From Malacoraja senta (lineage: Eukaryota): a DNA stretch of 64,000 nucleotides. Location of the stretch: NCBI GenBank assembly GCA_038087875.1, contig CM075988.1:18974001-19038000 (forward strand), read 5' to 3'. Both the position numbers and the translations under genes were made by a program. The first letter of the stretch is position 1, and each line of letters opens with the position of its first letter. The notes beneath the pieces are model-generated. The model had not been told where the DNA came from. It was given only the letters and a program-made list of their open reading frames with translations, and made no database searches. Below are positions 27,001 to 37,492 of this stretch, in pieces.

Positions 27001-27537
27001 GAGGGTTCTGTCCAAATTTCTCTGTGGTGGCTGCTCCTTTAACAGATCTGTTAAGTCCGAAAGTCATTTTTGAGTTGTCCGATGTGTGTCAAACTGTTTT
27101 TGAACAAACAAAGAGCCTTCTTGTGTGCGCACCCGTGCTTGCAGCACCCGATTTTGAACGGCCGTTTAAGTTGGCAGTTGATGCTAGTGACAGTGGAGTT
27201 GGTGGAGTTCTTCTCCAAGATGGTTCTGATGGGGTGGAACATCCAGTTTCATACATTTTTTAGAAAGTTTAATCGCCATCAGAAATGGTACTCTACCATC
27301 GTAAAAGCAACTCTTGCAATGTTAATGGCTCTGGATCATTGTGAGGTTTATGTTGGTTCCTCGAATGTTCCCGTCGTCGTATACACAGATCACAATCCGC
27401 TGGTGTTCTTAAATAGGATGAGAAATAAAAACCGCCGGTTAATGAGCTGGAGTTTACAGTTGCAGGGCTACAATCTGGAAGTCAGGCATATCCGTGGCAG
27501 GGATAATGTCTTGGCTGACGCATTGTCGCGCCAGTGA
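23937..27537 (+). pseudogene. pol: pol: protease - integrase - reverse transcriptase - RNase H, one frameshift near 27255
   Basis: LRDTAASQ protease (~24231); HHCC (~24948-25070); DCVGP / DQGSNF / ERFHQTLK integrase; YLDD at 26733-26744; DASD at ~27180. RNase H C-terminus (YTDHNPL...NVLADALSR) is in ORF 27070-27537. Confidence 0.95.
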
Positions 27538-27612
27538 TGTCTGAGCTACTAAATAGTTTCTGAAATTTGGTGGTGGTCTTTATTTTATTTTCAGAAACAT
27601 ATTCAGTAACTT

Positions 27613-27622
27613 AGGGTGGGGG
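27613..27622 (+). promoter_or_regulatory. Polypurine tract
   Basis: AGGGTGGGGG immediately before the 3' LTR. Confidence 0.8.
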
Positions 27623-28161
27623 TGTTATGCGCTCCCTCTGCTGGTGTTAATTATGTACTAACCTGTTTCTCTGATTACCATTAGTACCTCCTGCTGCCTG
27701 GCTGCTCCTGACCTGATTGGAGGCTCCTGGCCCAAGCTGCATCACGTGAGCTGATGACGGAGCCTCAGCTTAAAAAGACCATGTGACTGGCAGTCTCTCT
27801 CTCTGTCTCTCTCTTCCCCCCCTCAGACTGGTGGCAGCAGTCTGGTGTTGGTTTAGTTTGTCTGATTGCATAGTGTTCTTTATGTAACTCTTCATTCTGT
27901 ATTAACTTATTTTGCTTGGGAAGGATGGGACTGACATTATTGTTTTCGTGGTTTTGTTTCAGGTTTATTTTAACACTGAGGCAGGTTTAGAGTCTCTGGT
28001 CCGACGGCCCATTGAGTGGTCGGCCAGAGCACCCTTTATCTTTTGTTTGCTAGCCCATTTTAGTTCTTTTTGTTAGTGAAAAATAAATAATATTTCCATT
28101 TGAACCTGGTTTTGTATTATGTTATTGGCCTTTGAGGTATTTAATTTTGGCGTCCGTAACA
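27623..28161 (+). repeat. 3' LTR (539 bp)
   Basis: Copy of the 5' LTR lacking the 47-bp segment 22611-22657, with about 10 substitutions counted by eye. Confidence 0.96.
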
Positions 28162-28298
28162 ACTCCGCAGGACAATGGTGAGCAAGGTGGGCCAAAAATT
28201 GTAGCACTATCGCGTACAGTTTTAGCATAATTTCAGGATCACACTCATCACAGACACGCATAGAAAGAAACAAGATGAGAGTTTTAGTAATATATAGA

Positions 28299-28665
28299 TA
28301 ATACAATAAATGAATAACTGTAACATGGGTGTCTGTTAATAGTGAGAAAATCGTAGTGCAGCCAAAGACACAATCTATAGAAGATCTTTGTTGCTGAGGT
28401 TAGTGTTGTGCCGTGTTCAAGAGCCTGATGGTTGCTTGGAAGAGGCTGTTATGGAACCTGGAGGTCACAGTTTTCAGGCTCCTGTACCTTCTTCCCCTTG
28501 GTAGGAGCAAGATAAGAGCGTGGCCAGAATGGTATGGGTCTTTGAAGATATATAGGCTGCCTTTTTGAGGCAGCCACTCTTGTAGATCCCTTTGATGGTG
28601 GGGAGGTCAGTACTTGTGATGGATCAGGCAGTGTCTACCACTCCCTGTAGTCTCCTTTGTTCTTG
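28299..28665 (-). mobile_element. Rex1-type LINE 3' part, continuing at 21422-21535 on the other side of the Helitron
   Basis: GTTCAAGAGCCTGATGGTTG...CAGGCTCCTGTACCTTCTTCCC. A copy without the Helitron is at ~37550-38005. Confidence 0.7.
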
Positions 28666-31192
28666 GTACCCACCATATTAAATGAAGCAGATAATACTGC
28701 AAATATTTACTTGGTCAGATAGCATCGGAAAGAAACATCAATGATTTTGCATCAACACTAGGCTGTCAAATGCTGTCAACTGTTTCCACACCAAGAGCTT
28801 GCTTACCAAAGCCTAGTTTGGATTTTGTAAAGACAACATGACCCCAAACCTTATAGCAACCTGGGTTCGTTCCTGACTATGGGTGCTGTCTGTACGGAGT
28901 TTGTATGTTCTCCACGTGACCTGCGTGCGTTTTCTCCAAGATTTTCGGTTTCCTCCCACACCCCAAAGAGGTATGGGTTTGTAGATTAAGTGGCTTGGTA
29001 TAAATGTGTTAATGTGCGGGCATCGCTGGTCAGTGTGGAGGCGGTGGGCTGAAGTGCCTGTTTCCGTCCTGTATCTCTAAACTAAACCAAACTAAACTAA
29101 ACCTTTCGGCTGACCAAAACACTGATTGCTGGAGCTGAGCTGAGATTGTTCGTCTTGAACATCAAGGCACAGTTTGACCAGGAGTGGTTTCAATAATTCT
29201 TGGGACAGCTGAAGTAAGGAACACCAACAGAAAGACCGATCACTGGCTGGACTTATCCCCATCGCAAATGAAGAATGTATTGAAGGTAGACAAAATTGCT
29301 GGAGAAACTCAGCGGGTGCGGCAGCATCTATGGAGCGAAGGAAATAGGCAACTTTTTGGGGCCGAAACCCTTCTTCAGACTGAATTTTGTCTACCTTGGA
29401 TTCTCCAGCATTTGCAGTTCCTTCTTGAACAAGAATATATTGGAATTGAAGATCAATTGTCCTGGCATCAGAGCATCACTGCAGGATTACCGATCATCTT
29501 CTGTAGAGTTATGCATCTACTTGAGGAGCTGCCTCAAGAAGGTGGCTGTTATGATCAAAGATCCCCACCATCCCCACCATGTCGCCTGTTCACTGCTTTC
29601 ATTGGGCACGAGGTACAGAAGTCAAGAAGTTCAGGGACAGCTGCTTTCCAATATCTATCTGGTTCTTGAATCGATCTGCACAACCGCAATCCAACCTTGA
29701 CTTTGGACCACTTCTTGCACTCACTATGGACTTTTTTTCTTTTCTAATTATGTTTTTGCTTGTTCTTTGCAGTCTTCTTTCTTGAGTATAATTAGTTTTT
29801 TGTGTGCGCTGTCTGAGTCTATGTGCCTGTCTAAAAATTGTAAATTGTCCCAAGTGTGTAGGATGGCACTCGTGCATGGGGTGGTCACTGCTCAGCATGG
29901 ACTCGGTGGGCCGAAAGGCCTGTTTCTGCACTGTATATCTAAACTAAACATTTACCATCAGACTCTGGAACAGATTCTTCCCCTTTATTATCAGGCTTCT
30001 GAACGGTTTGTTCATAAGCTAGGGAACTGTACATTCACCTATACCCCATTGTGGACGTTGGACTATCTCTGGAACTGATGCTCTACAATGCTGACAACTA
30101 TACCATGCACTCTGTGTTCTTATCTATTTGCCATGTAATAACCGTCAATTTAAAAAAAAAACCTTCTGGTGATCGAATCCAAAATTAGGCTCATGACTTC
30201 AGAATGTTATTTCCAATGAAGACGCCAGGAGGAACAGCTCGTCACAGAGAGCGCTGGCATGAATGGTAAAGGGCTTTAAAGAGGAAACTGGGTGAGCAGT
30301 TAAAGGAGAGGGAAATAGTTGGATGTACCGAGAAATGAAGGATGCAAGGAGATAGGTGTGGAGCATAAGGTCCATCAGACAAACCAACCTCCCTTCAATT
30401 GACTCCATTGGCAAGGCCAGCGACATAATCAAGGACGAGTCGCGCCCTGGCCACTCCCTCTTCTCCCCTCTCTCATCAGGCAAAAAGGTATAGAAGTGTG
30501 TAAACGCACACCACCAGATTCGTGGACAGTTTCTTCCCAGCTGTTATCAGGCAACTGAATCATCCTACCACAAGCAGAGAGCAGTGCTGAACTGCTATCT
30601 ACCTCTTTGGTGACCCTCTGACTATCCTTGATCAGACTTTGCTGGCTTTGCCTTGCACTAAACGTTATTCCCTTTCGTGTATCTACACACTGTAAATGGT
30701 TCGATTGTAATCACATATGACCTTTCCGCTGACTGGTTAGCACGCAACAAACCTTTTCACAGTATCTCAGTACACGTGACGGTAAAATAAGCTGAACTAA
30801 ACTAAAGGTCAGGAAGAGATCTGATAGACCAGTCAGCCTCTCCCTCTGCTCTGCAGTTCAGACAGCGATCCAATCAATGTTCATTGATGTTTCCTTTTGC
30901 AGAAAGTAACTTGTTGGATTTTCCGGAACGTTAATATTTAAAGTCATTTCTGTTACCATCGTTTTATTATGATAACAGGATACACATTTCAAAACATGTT
31001 CATCCATCAAAGAGCACAGATCTGTTGGGCCAGAGTTTATATTGAAGATTATCATCTCACCCTCTCCCACCATGAGATACAATCTTCCTTTTAACCACCA
31101 AAATATTAATTGAAATAACTTTGTTCGCCAAACAGCCAGTGTTATCGATCGCGGGAGCAGCTGTATGATTCATACATACACTAGTTCAGGCC

Positions 31193-31283
31193 ACGTTGCC
31201 AGGGGCAACGTTCGGTAAGGTCGGAAGTGAGTGAGTCATTGCTGACGTTTACATGCTGCTATGTCCCTACAGAAGTCACGTGA
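31193..31283. promoter_or_regulatory. Candidate promoter/enhancer motif cluster
   Basis: RFX X-box GTTGCCAGGGGCAAC (31195-31209), ETS CGGAAGTG (31222), AP-1 TGAGTCA (31232), CRE-like TGACGT (31243), E-box GTCACGTGA (31275). Confidence 0.55.
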
Positions 31284-31330
31284 TTATTCCCGTCCAAACT
31301 ATCGTCTATCCATTCCCTCCACGGATGAGT

Positions 31331-31358
31331 CTGAAGAAGGGTCTCGACCCGAAACGTC
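31331..31358 (+). ncRNA. Minimal hammerhead core copy
   Basis: Same 28-nt core. Flanks GATGAGT / ACCCATT could form a 6-of-7-bp helix I. Confidence 0.7.
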
Positions 31359-32319
31359 ACCCATTCTTTCTCTCCAGAGATGCTGCCGGTCCCGCCGAGT
31401 TACTCCAGCATTTTGTGTCTACCCTCCACAGAAACTGCCTGACCCACTGAGTTCCTCCAGCACTTTTGTGTGTTTTTGCTCAAGATTCCAGCATCTGCAG
31501 TTTCATCTGACTCCATTTTACCGCTTCCCCTTAAAGTGTGCCTACTTTGATGGTTGGCATCTTGGTTGGCATGGGCAAGATGGCCCAAAGGGCATGTTTC
31601 CATACTGTATGACTCTGTTCTCTTCCTCTCTCTGCCAGAAGTTCTATGAATGAATGAATGAATGAATGAATAAATGAATACGTTTATTGGCCAAGTATGT
31701 ACACATACAAGGAATTTGACGATGCTCCGCTCGCACGTAACAACGCGACATATAATAACAATTAAGAATGACACATAAAACATTAAACATTAATTATAAA
31801 ACATTATATTTTAAACATGTGAATGAAATAAAATACCAGAGCAAAAGGAGGCTACAGACTTTTGGTAATTGAGTAGCTACTACTCGTGGAAAAAAGCTGT
31901 TTTTATATCTGGCTGTGGCAGCTTTGACAGTCCGGAGTCGCCTTCCGGTGAGGTGCTTCAAAGAGTTTGTGGCCAGGGTGAGAGGGGTCAGAGATGATCT
32001 TACCCGCTCGCTTCCTGGCCCTTGCAGTGTACAGTTTGTTTATGTGACCCCCCTCTCACTGCTCCCCCTCTGTTCCTGTTGCTCCCTCGCTTTTCCACCA
32101 TGTTTTGACCCAGACCAATTTGTCTGAAGAAATGTCCCGACTCGAAACATCGCCTGTCCATTTTGCCCCCACGGATGCTGCCTGACCCGTTAAGTTGCTC
32201 CAGCACTTTGCGTTATGCTCTAGATTCCAACATCTGCAGTTCCTTGAGCATCATATCATTAATTCCCCCTTTTCTCCTTTGCATATCTTCCAGCTTTCCC
32301 TCATTCTTTATTTCTCTTA

Positions 32320-32955
32320 GACTTTAGACTTTAGAGACACAGTGTGGAAAGAGGCCCTTCAGCCCACAGAGACCGCGCCGACCATCGATCCCTGTATACT
32401 AGCACACCAGGGACACTAGGGACAATTTACACACTAGGGACAATTTACAATTTACAGAAGCTAATTAACCTGCAAACCTGTACACCTTTGGAGTGTGGGA
32501 GGAAACCGGAGCACCTGGAGAAAATCCACGTGGTCACAGGGAGAACGCACAAACTCCATACAGACAGCACCCGTAGTCAGGATCAAACTCTGGCCCTGTA
32601 ATAGCCCTGTCCCATGGTGTGAGTTCATTCCAAGAGCTTTCCCGAGTTTAAAAAAAATCAAACTCGTGGTAAGCACGGAGAATGAACGTAGAGGGTACGT
32701 CGGAGCTCGGGAACGTCTCTTAGCGCTAACGGCAGGTACTCGGGAAGACTCGCTAACGGCAGGTAAGCACGGGAAGACTTGTGAAGATTTTTCAACATGA
32801 TGAAAAATGTCCACGAGAGCCCCGAGTACTGACGAGTGGCCATTACTGTAAATCTCCGAGTTAGTATCAGGGCAAACTCGGGAGAACTCTTGGAATGAAC
32901 TCGTACCATGGGACAGGGGTTTAAGGCAGCAACTCTACCGCTGTATCACTGCTGC
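32320..32955 (-). mobile_element. V-SINE (HE1-like) split by a MITE
   Basis: SINE halves flank 32602-32921. Confidence 0.88.
32602..32921. mobile_element. PIF/Harbinger-type MITE inserted in a SINE
   Basis: TIRs CCCTGTCCCATGGT..GAGTTCATTCCAAGAG / CTCTTGGAATGAACTC..ACCATGGGACAGGG. TAA TSD (32599-32601 / 32922-32924). The SINE sequence CTGTAA|GGCAGC rejoins across it. Confidence 0.9.
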
Positions 32956-33196
32956 CAGATCCGCTGAGTTACTCCAGCTCTTTCTGTCCCTACTGGAAGC
33001 TCATTCAATGTACTTGCCACTATCTACGTGAAAATGGTGCCCCCTTGGCTCCTATTAAATATTTTCCATGCAACCTTAAACCTATGCCCTCTAGTTCTTG
33101 ATGCCTCCTCCCTGGGAAAAAGACCGTGCGTTCTCCTTGAAGTTCATTAAGTTATATTCTTTTTTTTTTAGAAAATATCATAATGGAAACTTGTTG

Positions 33197-33364
33197 CTAT
33201 GCTGCACTCATTCTGTGTTCATCAAGATATTCATATTTTCTAACACTTTGAATTATTTCAGCAAGCAGGTGTTGGACAGCGATAATCGAATCTCTCTTAT
33301 CTGGAGATAAAGTACAGTGTCTCTTTATAGTGCTATTAGAAAGATTTCTCCTACTTACTGAAAC
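33197..33364 (-). CDS. Candidate terminal coding exon, unidentified gene
   Basis: Acceptor ccttttttaag, phase 0, VSVSRRNLSNSTIKRHCTLSPDKRDSIIAVQHLLAEIIQSVRKYEYLDEHRMSAA*. Confidence 0.35.
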   Translation of the reverse strand, partial: VSVSRRNLSNSTIKRHCTLSPDKRDSIIAVQHLLAEIIQSVRKYEYLDEHRMSAA

Positions 33365-33459
33365 CTTAAAAAAGGATCAGTAACTTATGATTCAAATCTG
33401 AATGCAGGAAACAGCGCTCATTGAGGGGGAGCTGGAGTTCCACAAGGCAAGGTCATTGG

Positions 33460-34030
33460 TTTGGGTTTGTTATGGCCACATGTACCCGGGTACAATGACA
33501 AGCTTTTTTTTGCATGTTATCCAAACAGATGAGATATACCATACGTTCTGGAAGTATAATCTGGTCAAACACAACTGCAATAGATAGAGGAAAGAGGAAG
33601 ATACAGAGTACAGAATATAGCTCTCAGCATTGTCGCGCGTCAGTTCCATAGACATTCCAATGTCCTCAATGGGGTAGAGGTGAAAAGGGCAGTACCCTAG
33701 CTTATGTAAGGACCGTTCAGAAGCCCGATAACAGAGGGGAAGAAGCTGTTCCCTAGTCTGGTGGTGCACGCTTTCAAACATCTGTACTTTCCGCTTGACG
33801 GGAGTAGGGAGAAGAAGGCATGACTGGGGCTGGACAAGTCTTTGATTATGTTCAATGGTTTTCCACTGCAGCATAGGTGTAGATGGAATCAATGGTGGGG
33901 AGTCTGGTCTGTGATGGACTGGGCTACATCCACAACTTTCTGGAATTTAGTGCGCTCTTGAGCAGAGCTGTTCCAAAACCAACATGTGCTGCATCCTGAC
34001 AGTATGGTGCATCTAAGAGTCACTGGAATC
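33460..34030 (-). mobile_element. Rex1/Babar-type LINE 3' fragment
   Basis: Reverse complement of the same C-terminal motifs and UTR. Confidence 0.8.
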
Positions 34031-34506
34031 ATTGGCGAACAAAATGAGAAATGTTTGTCTCTGGGGAGCAATGTACTGGAGCACCCAGCATCCAGTTGCA
34101 CTAATCCCATTTATTTTATTTTATTTTATTTATTTTATTTTGTTTTTTTTCTTTTTCTTTTATGTGCAATTTATGTATAATTTATCTTCTTAGGTGTTTG
34201 AACCTCTGTGCCTGTGATGCTGCTGCAAGCAAGATTTTCATTGTAGCTGTGTTTCACTGTACTGATGCACATGGCAATAAATTTGACTTGTCCTGACTTA
34301 ACTAACCGTACAGCCATTTGGAAATCGGCTTTGAATCATGGGTTCACCGAGTTGCACAGCACAGAAATGGGCACTTCTGCTCCCCACATCCATGCCGACC
34401 ATTTTCCCCTGGTAGAGCTCTATCCTATTCCTTGCAAAGTCCACATTTTTACACAATGTACGTTGGCAGGCGGAGTCTGTCATTATCTCATAGTCATGGT
34501 GACTTA

Positions 34507-34838
34507 TGGGCCTGTCCCACTTACGCGACTTTTTCGGCGATTGCTGGCACCCATCATAGGTCGTTGCAGGTCGGCGAAAATTTTCAACATGTTGAAAATC
34601 CAGCGTCGACCAGAACAAGGTACGACTCTTTGAGCGACTACTCGCGACCATACAGGCGTCACCCCACGATATGTCGTCTGTATGGTCGTGAGTAGTCTCC
34701 TCAGTCGCCCAAAGAGTCGTAGCTGGTCTTTCTGGTCTCTGCTGGATTTTCAACATGTTGAACATTTTTAGCAACCTGCAACGACCTATGACAGGTGCCG
34801 GCAGTCGCCGAAAAAGTCGCATAAGTGGGACAGGCCCA
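34507..34838. mobile_element. Palindromic PIF/Harbinger-type MITE
   Basis: TIR TGGGCCTGTCCCACTTA...TAAGTGGGACAGGCCCA, TTA TSD on both sides, whole element folds back. Confidence 0.9.
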
Positions 34839-34889
34839 TTAGAGTCATACAGCGTGGAAATGCATCTCCTTTCATGGTAAAGGTGTTGG

Positions 34890-35475
34890 TGGACCAAGAA
34901 AGCGCACCAAAGTCTCTAATGCCTCAGAAGGCTTAGGAACTTCGGCATGTCTCCAACTACCTTCACCAACTTCTACAGATGCACCATGGAAAGCATTTTA
35001 TAGGGATGCATCACAGCTCCATCCAAGACCACAGGAAATTGCAGAGAGTTGTGGACGTAGCCCAGTCCATCACGCAAACCAACCACACGTCCATTGACTC
35101 CATCTACAGTTCACGCTGCCCCGGCAAGATCACCAGCATAATCAAAGACCAGTCTCACCCCAGTCACTCCCTTTTCTCCCCTCTCCCATCAGGCAAGACG
35201 TACAGAAGTGCGAAAACGCATACCTCCAGATTCAGGAACAGTTTCTTCCCCACAGTTATCAGGCAACTGAACCTTTTGGTCATCAACTAGGGAGCAGTCC
35301 TGACCTCCCTTCTACCTCACTTGACCCATCTTTAATCGGACATTATCTTGCACTAAACATTATACCCTTTATCCTGTATACACTGTGGATGGCTTCATTG
35401 TAAACATGTATAGTCTTTACACTGACTGGGTGACACGCAACTAAAAGCTTTTCACTGCACCTCAGTACACGTGTA
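34890..35475 (+). mobile_element. Rex1/Babar-type LINE 3' fragment
   Basis: KLQRVVDVAQSIT...SHPSHSLFSPLPSGKTYRS...RFRNSFFPTVIRQLN plus 3' UTR. Related fragments at ~2745-3055, 4255-4760, 30370-30805, 36610-37075, 46590-47690. Confidence 0.85.
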
Positions 35476-37159
35476 TCAGCCACAGTGAGTGGTGTGGCCA
35501 CACACAACACCCGAGAAAGTGCAGGAACAATGAGTGAATCTGAGCATATACCGACCTTTAGCGGAGAGTCTGAAGCACAGGACAACCAGCTCCAAGCTTG
35601 AAGTTCCTTCCATTCGCCAGCCCGTGAAGTACTCTTTCACACAGCAGGGGGCCACCTGCTAATGAGGCCAACCAGAGAAGGCTTGGGTTCGGCGTTGTAG
35701 ATCGATTCGGAAGGTTTTGTTGCCTGCCTTAAAGCACTTGACAAATAACCTTTCGAGTGAGGAACTTTGAACATGTTGGCTAACACTGAAACAGTAGCAC
35801 TCTCTTCCTCCTTTTGATAATTCTGAAGTCCTGTGAATCCATTCAGACATTGGCTGGCATGCTCTATAAATATATATAATTTGATAGAAAAGATGTCAGA
35901 AGTATCCTGTGGATTTAGTTAACCTTTACTTCTTTCCTGGTGTAAGCAGGGATTTTTTTTTTAAATGCCCTGTCTTTCTCCTTAATTGAACCAGACATGT
36001 TTGCTTCCGCAGTTATTCGTTTAAAGGCTGTGGACGTCGAAGGAGGAAAAATGTGGCACACTGGACCGTAATTGGGACCAAGATGGAAGTTTTTGGGAAT
36101 AAATTATAATTCAAGAGGAAAAGCAATGGACAGAATGAACATTAGAACATAGTGTGCAGTGGTCGAGTTGCTGCCTTACAGCGTCAGAGGCCCAGGTTTG
36201 ATTCTGACCACGGGTGCTGTCCGTATGGAGTTTGCACATTCTCCCTGTGACCACGTGGGTTTTCTCCAGGTGCTCTGGTTTCCTCCCAAATTCCAAAGGC
36301 GTGCAGGTCTGTAGTTAATTGGCTTCGGTAAAATTACAAATCGTCGCTGGTGTGTAGGACAGTGCTATTGCACGAGGTGATCGCTGGTCGGCGCGGACTT
36401 GGTGGGCCGAGGTCACTGTTTGCGCACTGTCTGAAATAAAGTGCAATGGCAGTGGCAGGGACTGCAGAATGACAAACTACATCAATGTCTTGGGTCAATA
36501 ACTCTTCGTCAGAATCGATCTTGACTCATTCATCACGAAAGAAAGATATAATCGTTTCTGTTTGCAGCATTCAATTCACTTGAATAAGTCATCGTTTCTT
36601 ATTTTCTCTGCTCCAAGATGTTTTGGAAACATTACTGCCGAAGACCGCAGGAAATTGCAGAGTTGTGGATGTACCACCGTCGACTCCATCTACACCTCAC
36701 GCTGCCTCGGGGAAGCAGCCAACATAATCAATGACTTTATTCACCCTGGTTATTCCATCTACCCCATGCTGCCATAGGGCAGAAGATTCAAAGAATGTAT
36801 ATCGCCAGATTCAAGAACAGCTTTCTCCCCTCTGGTATCAGACTGCTTCACGCGACTCCCATCAGTTAAGTGTGTAGTCCTGATCTTCCAATCTACCTCA
36901 TTGCGGAACTTGTAACACTGTAATTCTTCACTCTGGTATTTTCCTCTTTGCACTACCTGTTGTACTTGTGGATGGCTTGATGGTGATCATGCATAGTGTG
37001 ATTTGACTGGGTGGCACACTGGTTTACACTGTATATCGATACACATGACAATAATGAACCTATACCAAATAAACTAAGCCAAAGTCCATTGAAAAGTTGA
37101 TCAAACTTGGTGGGTGAAGAAACTTTCTAACATTAATTCCTTCTTTCAGTAATATGAAC

Positions 37160-37244
37160 CTGGTCTTGGTCTGCTTTGATCAAATGATGCTTTCTCGTCC
37201 TTCCAAATTCCAGCCTTTTCACTTCTGGTTCAACTGGAGATGAC
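37160..37244 (-). CDS. Candidate coding exon, unidentified gene
   Basis: Acceptor ttgtcttag, 85 nt. The only open frame, SSPVEPEVKRLEFGRTRKHHLIKADQDQ, matches the phase of the previous exon. Donor GTTCAT. Confidence 0.4.
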
Positions 37245-37433
37245 CTAAGACAATTGATGAGAGGAATATTATTCTTGTAATATATAGAGAGATCGAATTC
37301 TGTAACTATTCAGGCAGGGGATGCACATTATTTTTGATATTATTCCTTTAAAATTGAACTTGCGTTCAACCCAAGTCTCTAAACCATAGAATTTCTACTA
37401 TGCAAGCTAGAAATATTTACTGATGAAACTCAC

Positions 37434-37492
37434 TGATAGTCGGCTGAAGCTTGTGTCCTTTTCAGGACGGACGATGACAGTGATGTTAACAT
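37434..37492 (-). CDS. Candidate coding exon, unidentified gene
   Basis: Acceptor ccatcttccatgtttcag, 59 nt, MLTSLSSSVLKRTQASADY(Q), strong donor GTGAGT. Confidence 0.45.

Larger units (their letters stand above)
22173..28161 (+). mobile_element. Full-length Gmr1-like Ty3/Gypsy LTR retrotransposon
   Basis: Two direct LTRs (TGTTA...TAACA), PBS, PPT, gag-pol with integrase upstream of RT, probable 5-bp TSD ACACC (22168-22172) / ACTCC (28162-28166). Confidence 0.97.
21536..28298 (-). mobile_element. Non-autonomous Helitron (~770 bp) interrupted by the LTR element
   Basis: Minus-strand 5' A|TCTATATATTACTAAAACTCTCATCTTG. 3' hairpin at 21547-21563, 11 nt from a CTTG|T end (CTAG in the sister copy). 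Both termini match 43843-45007. Confidence 0.75.

Noticed and set aside
23282..27242. Antisense ORFs within the LTR element
   Set aside because: Short shadows of the pol frame. No env or accessory gene between pol and the 3' LTR.
34298..34897. 199-aa minus-strand ORF
   Set aside because: Runs through a palindromic MITE and has no transposase motifs.
35620..35865. Possible additional exon of the minus-strand gene
   Set aside because: In the phase required by the upstream candidate exon it stops after six codons. Other frames are open but fit no neighbour.
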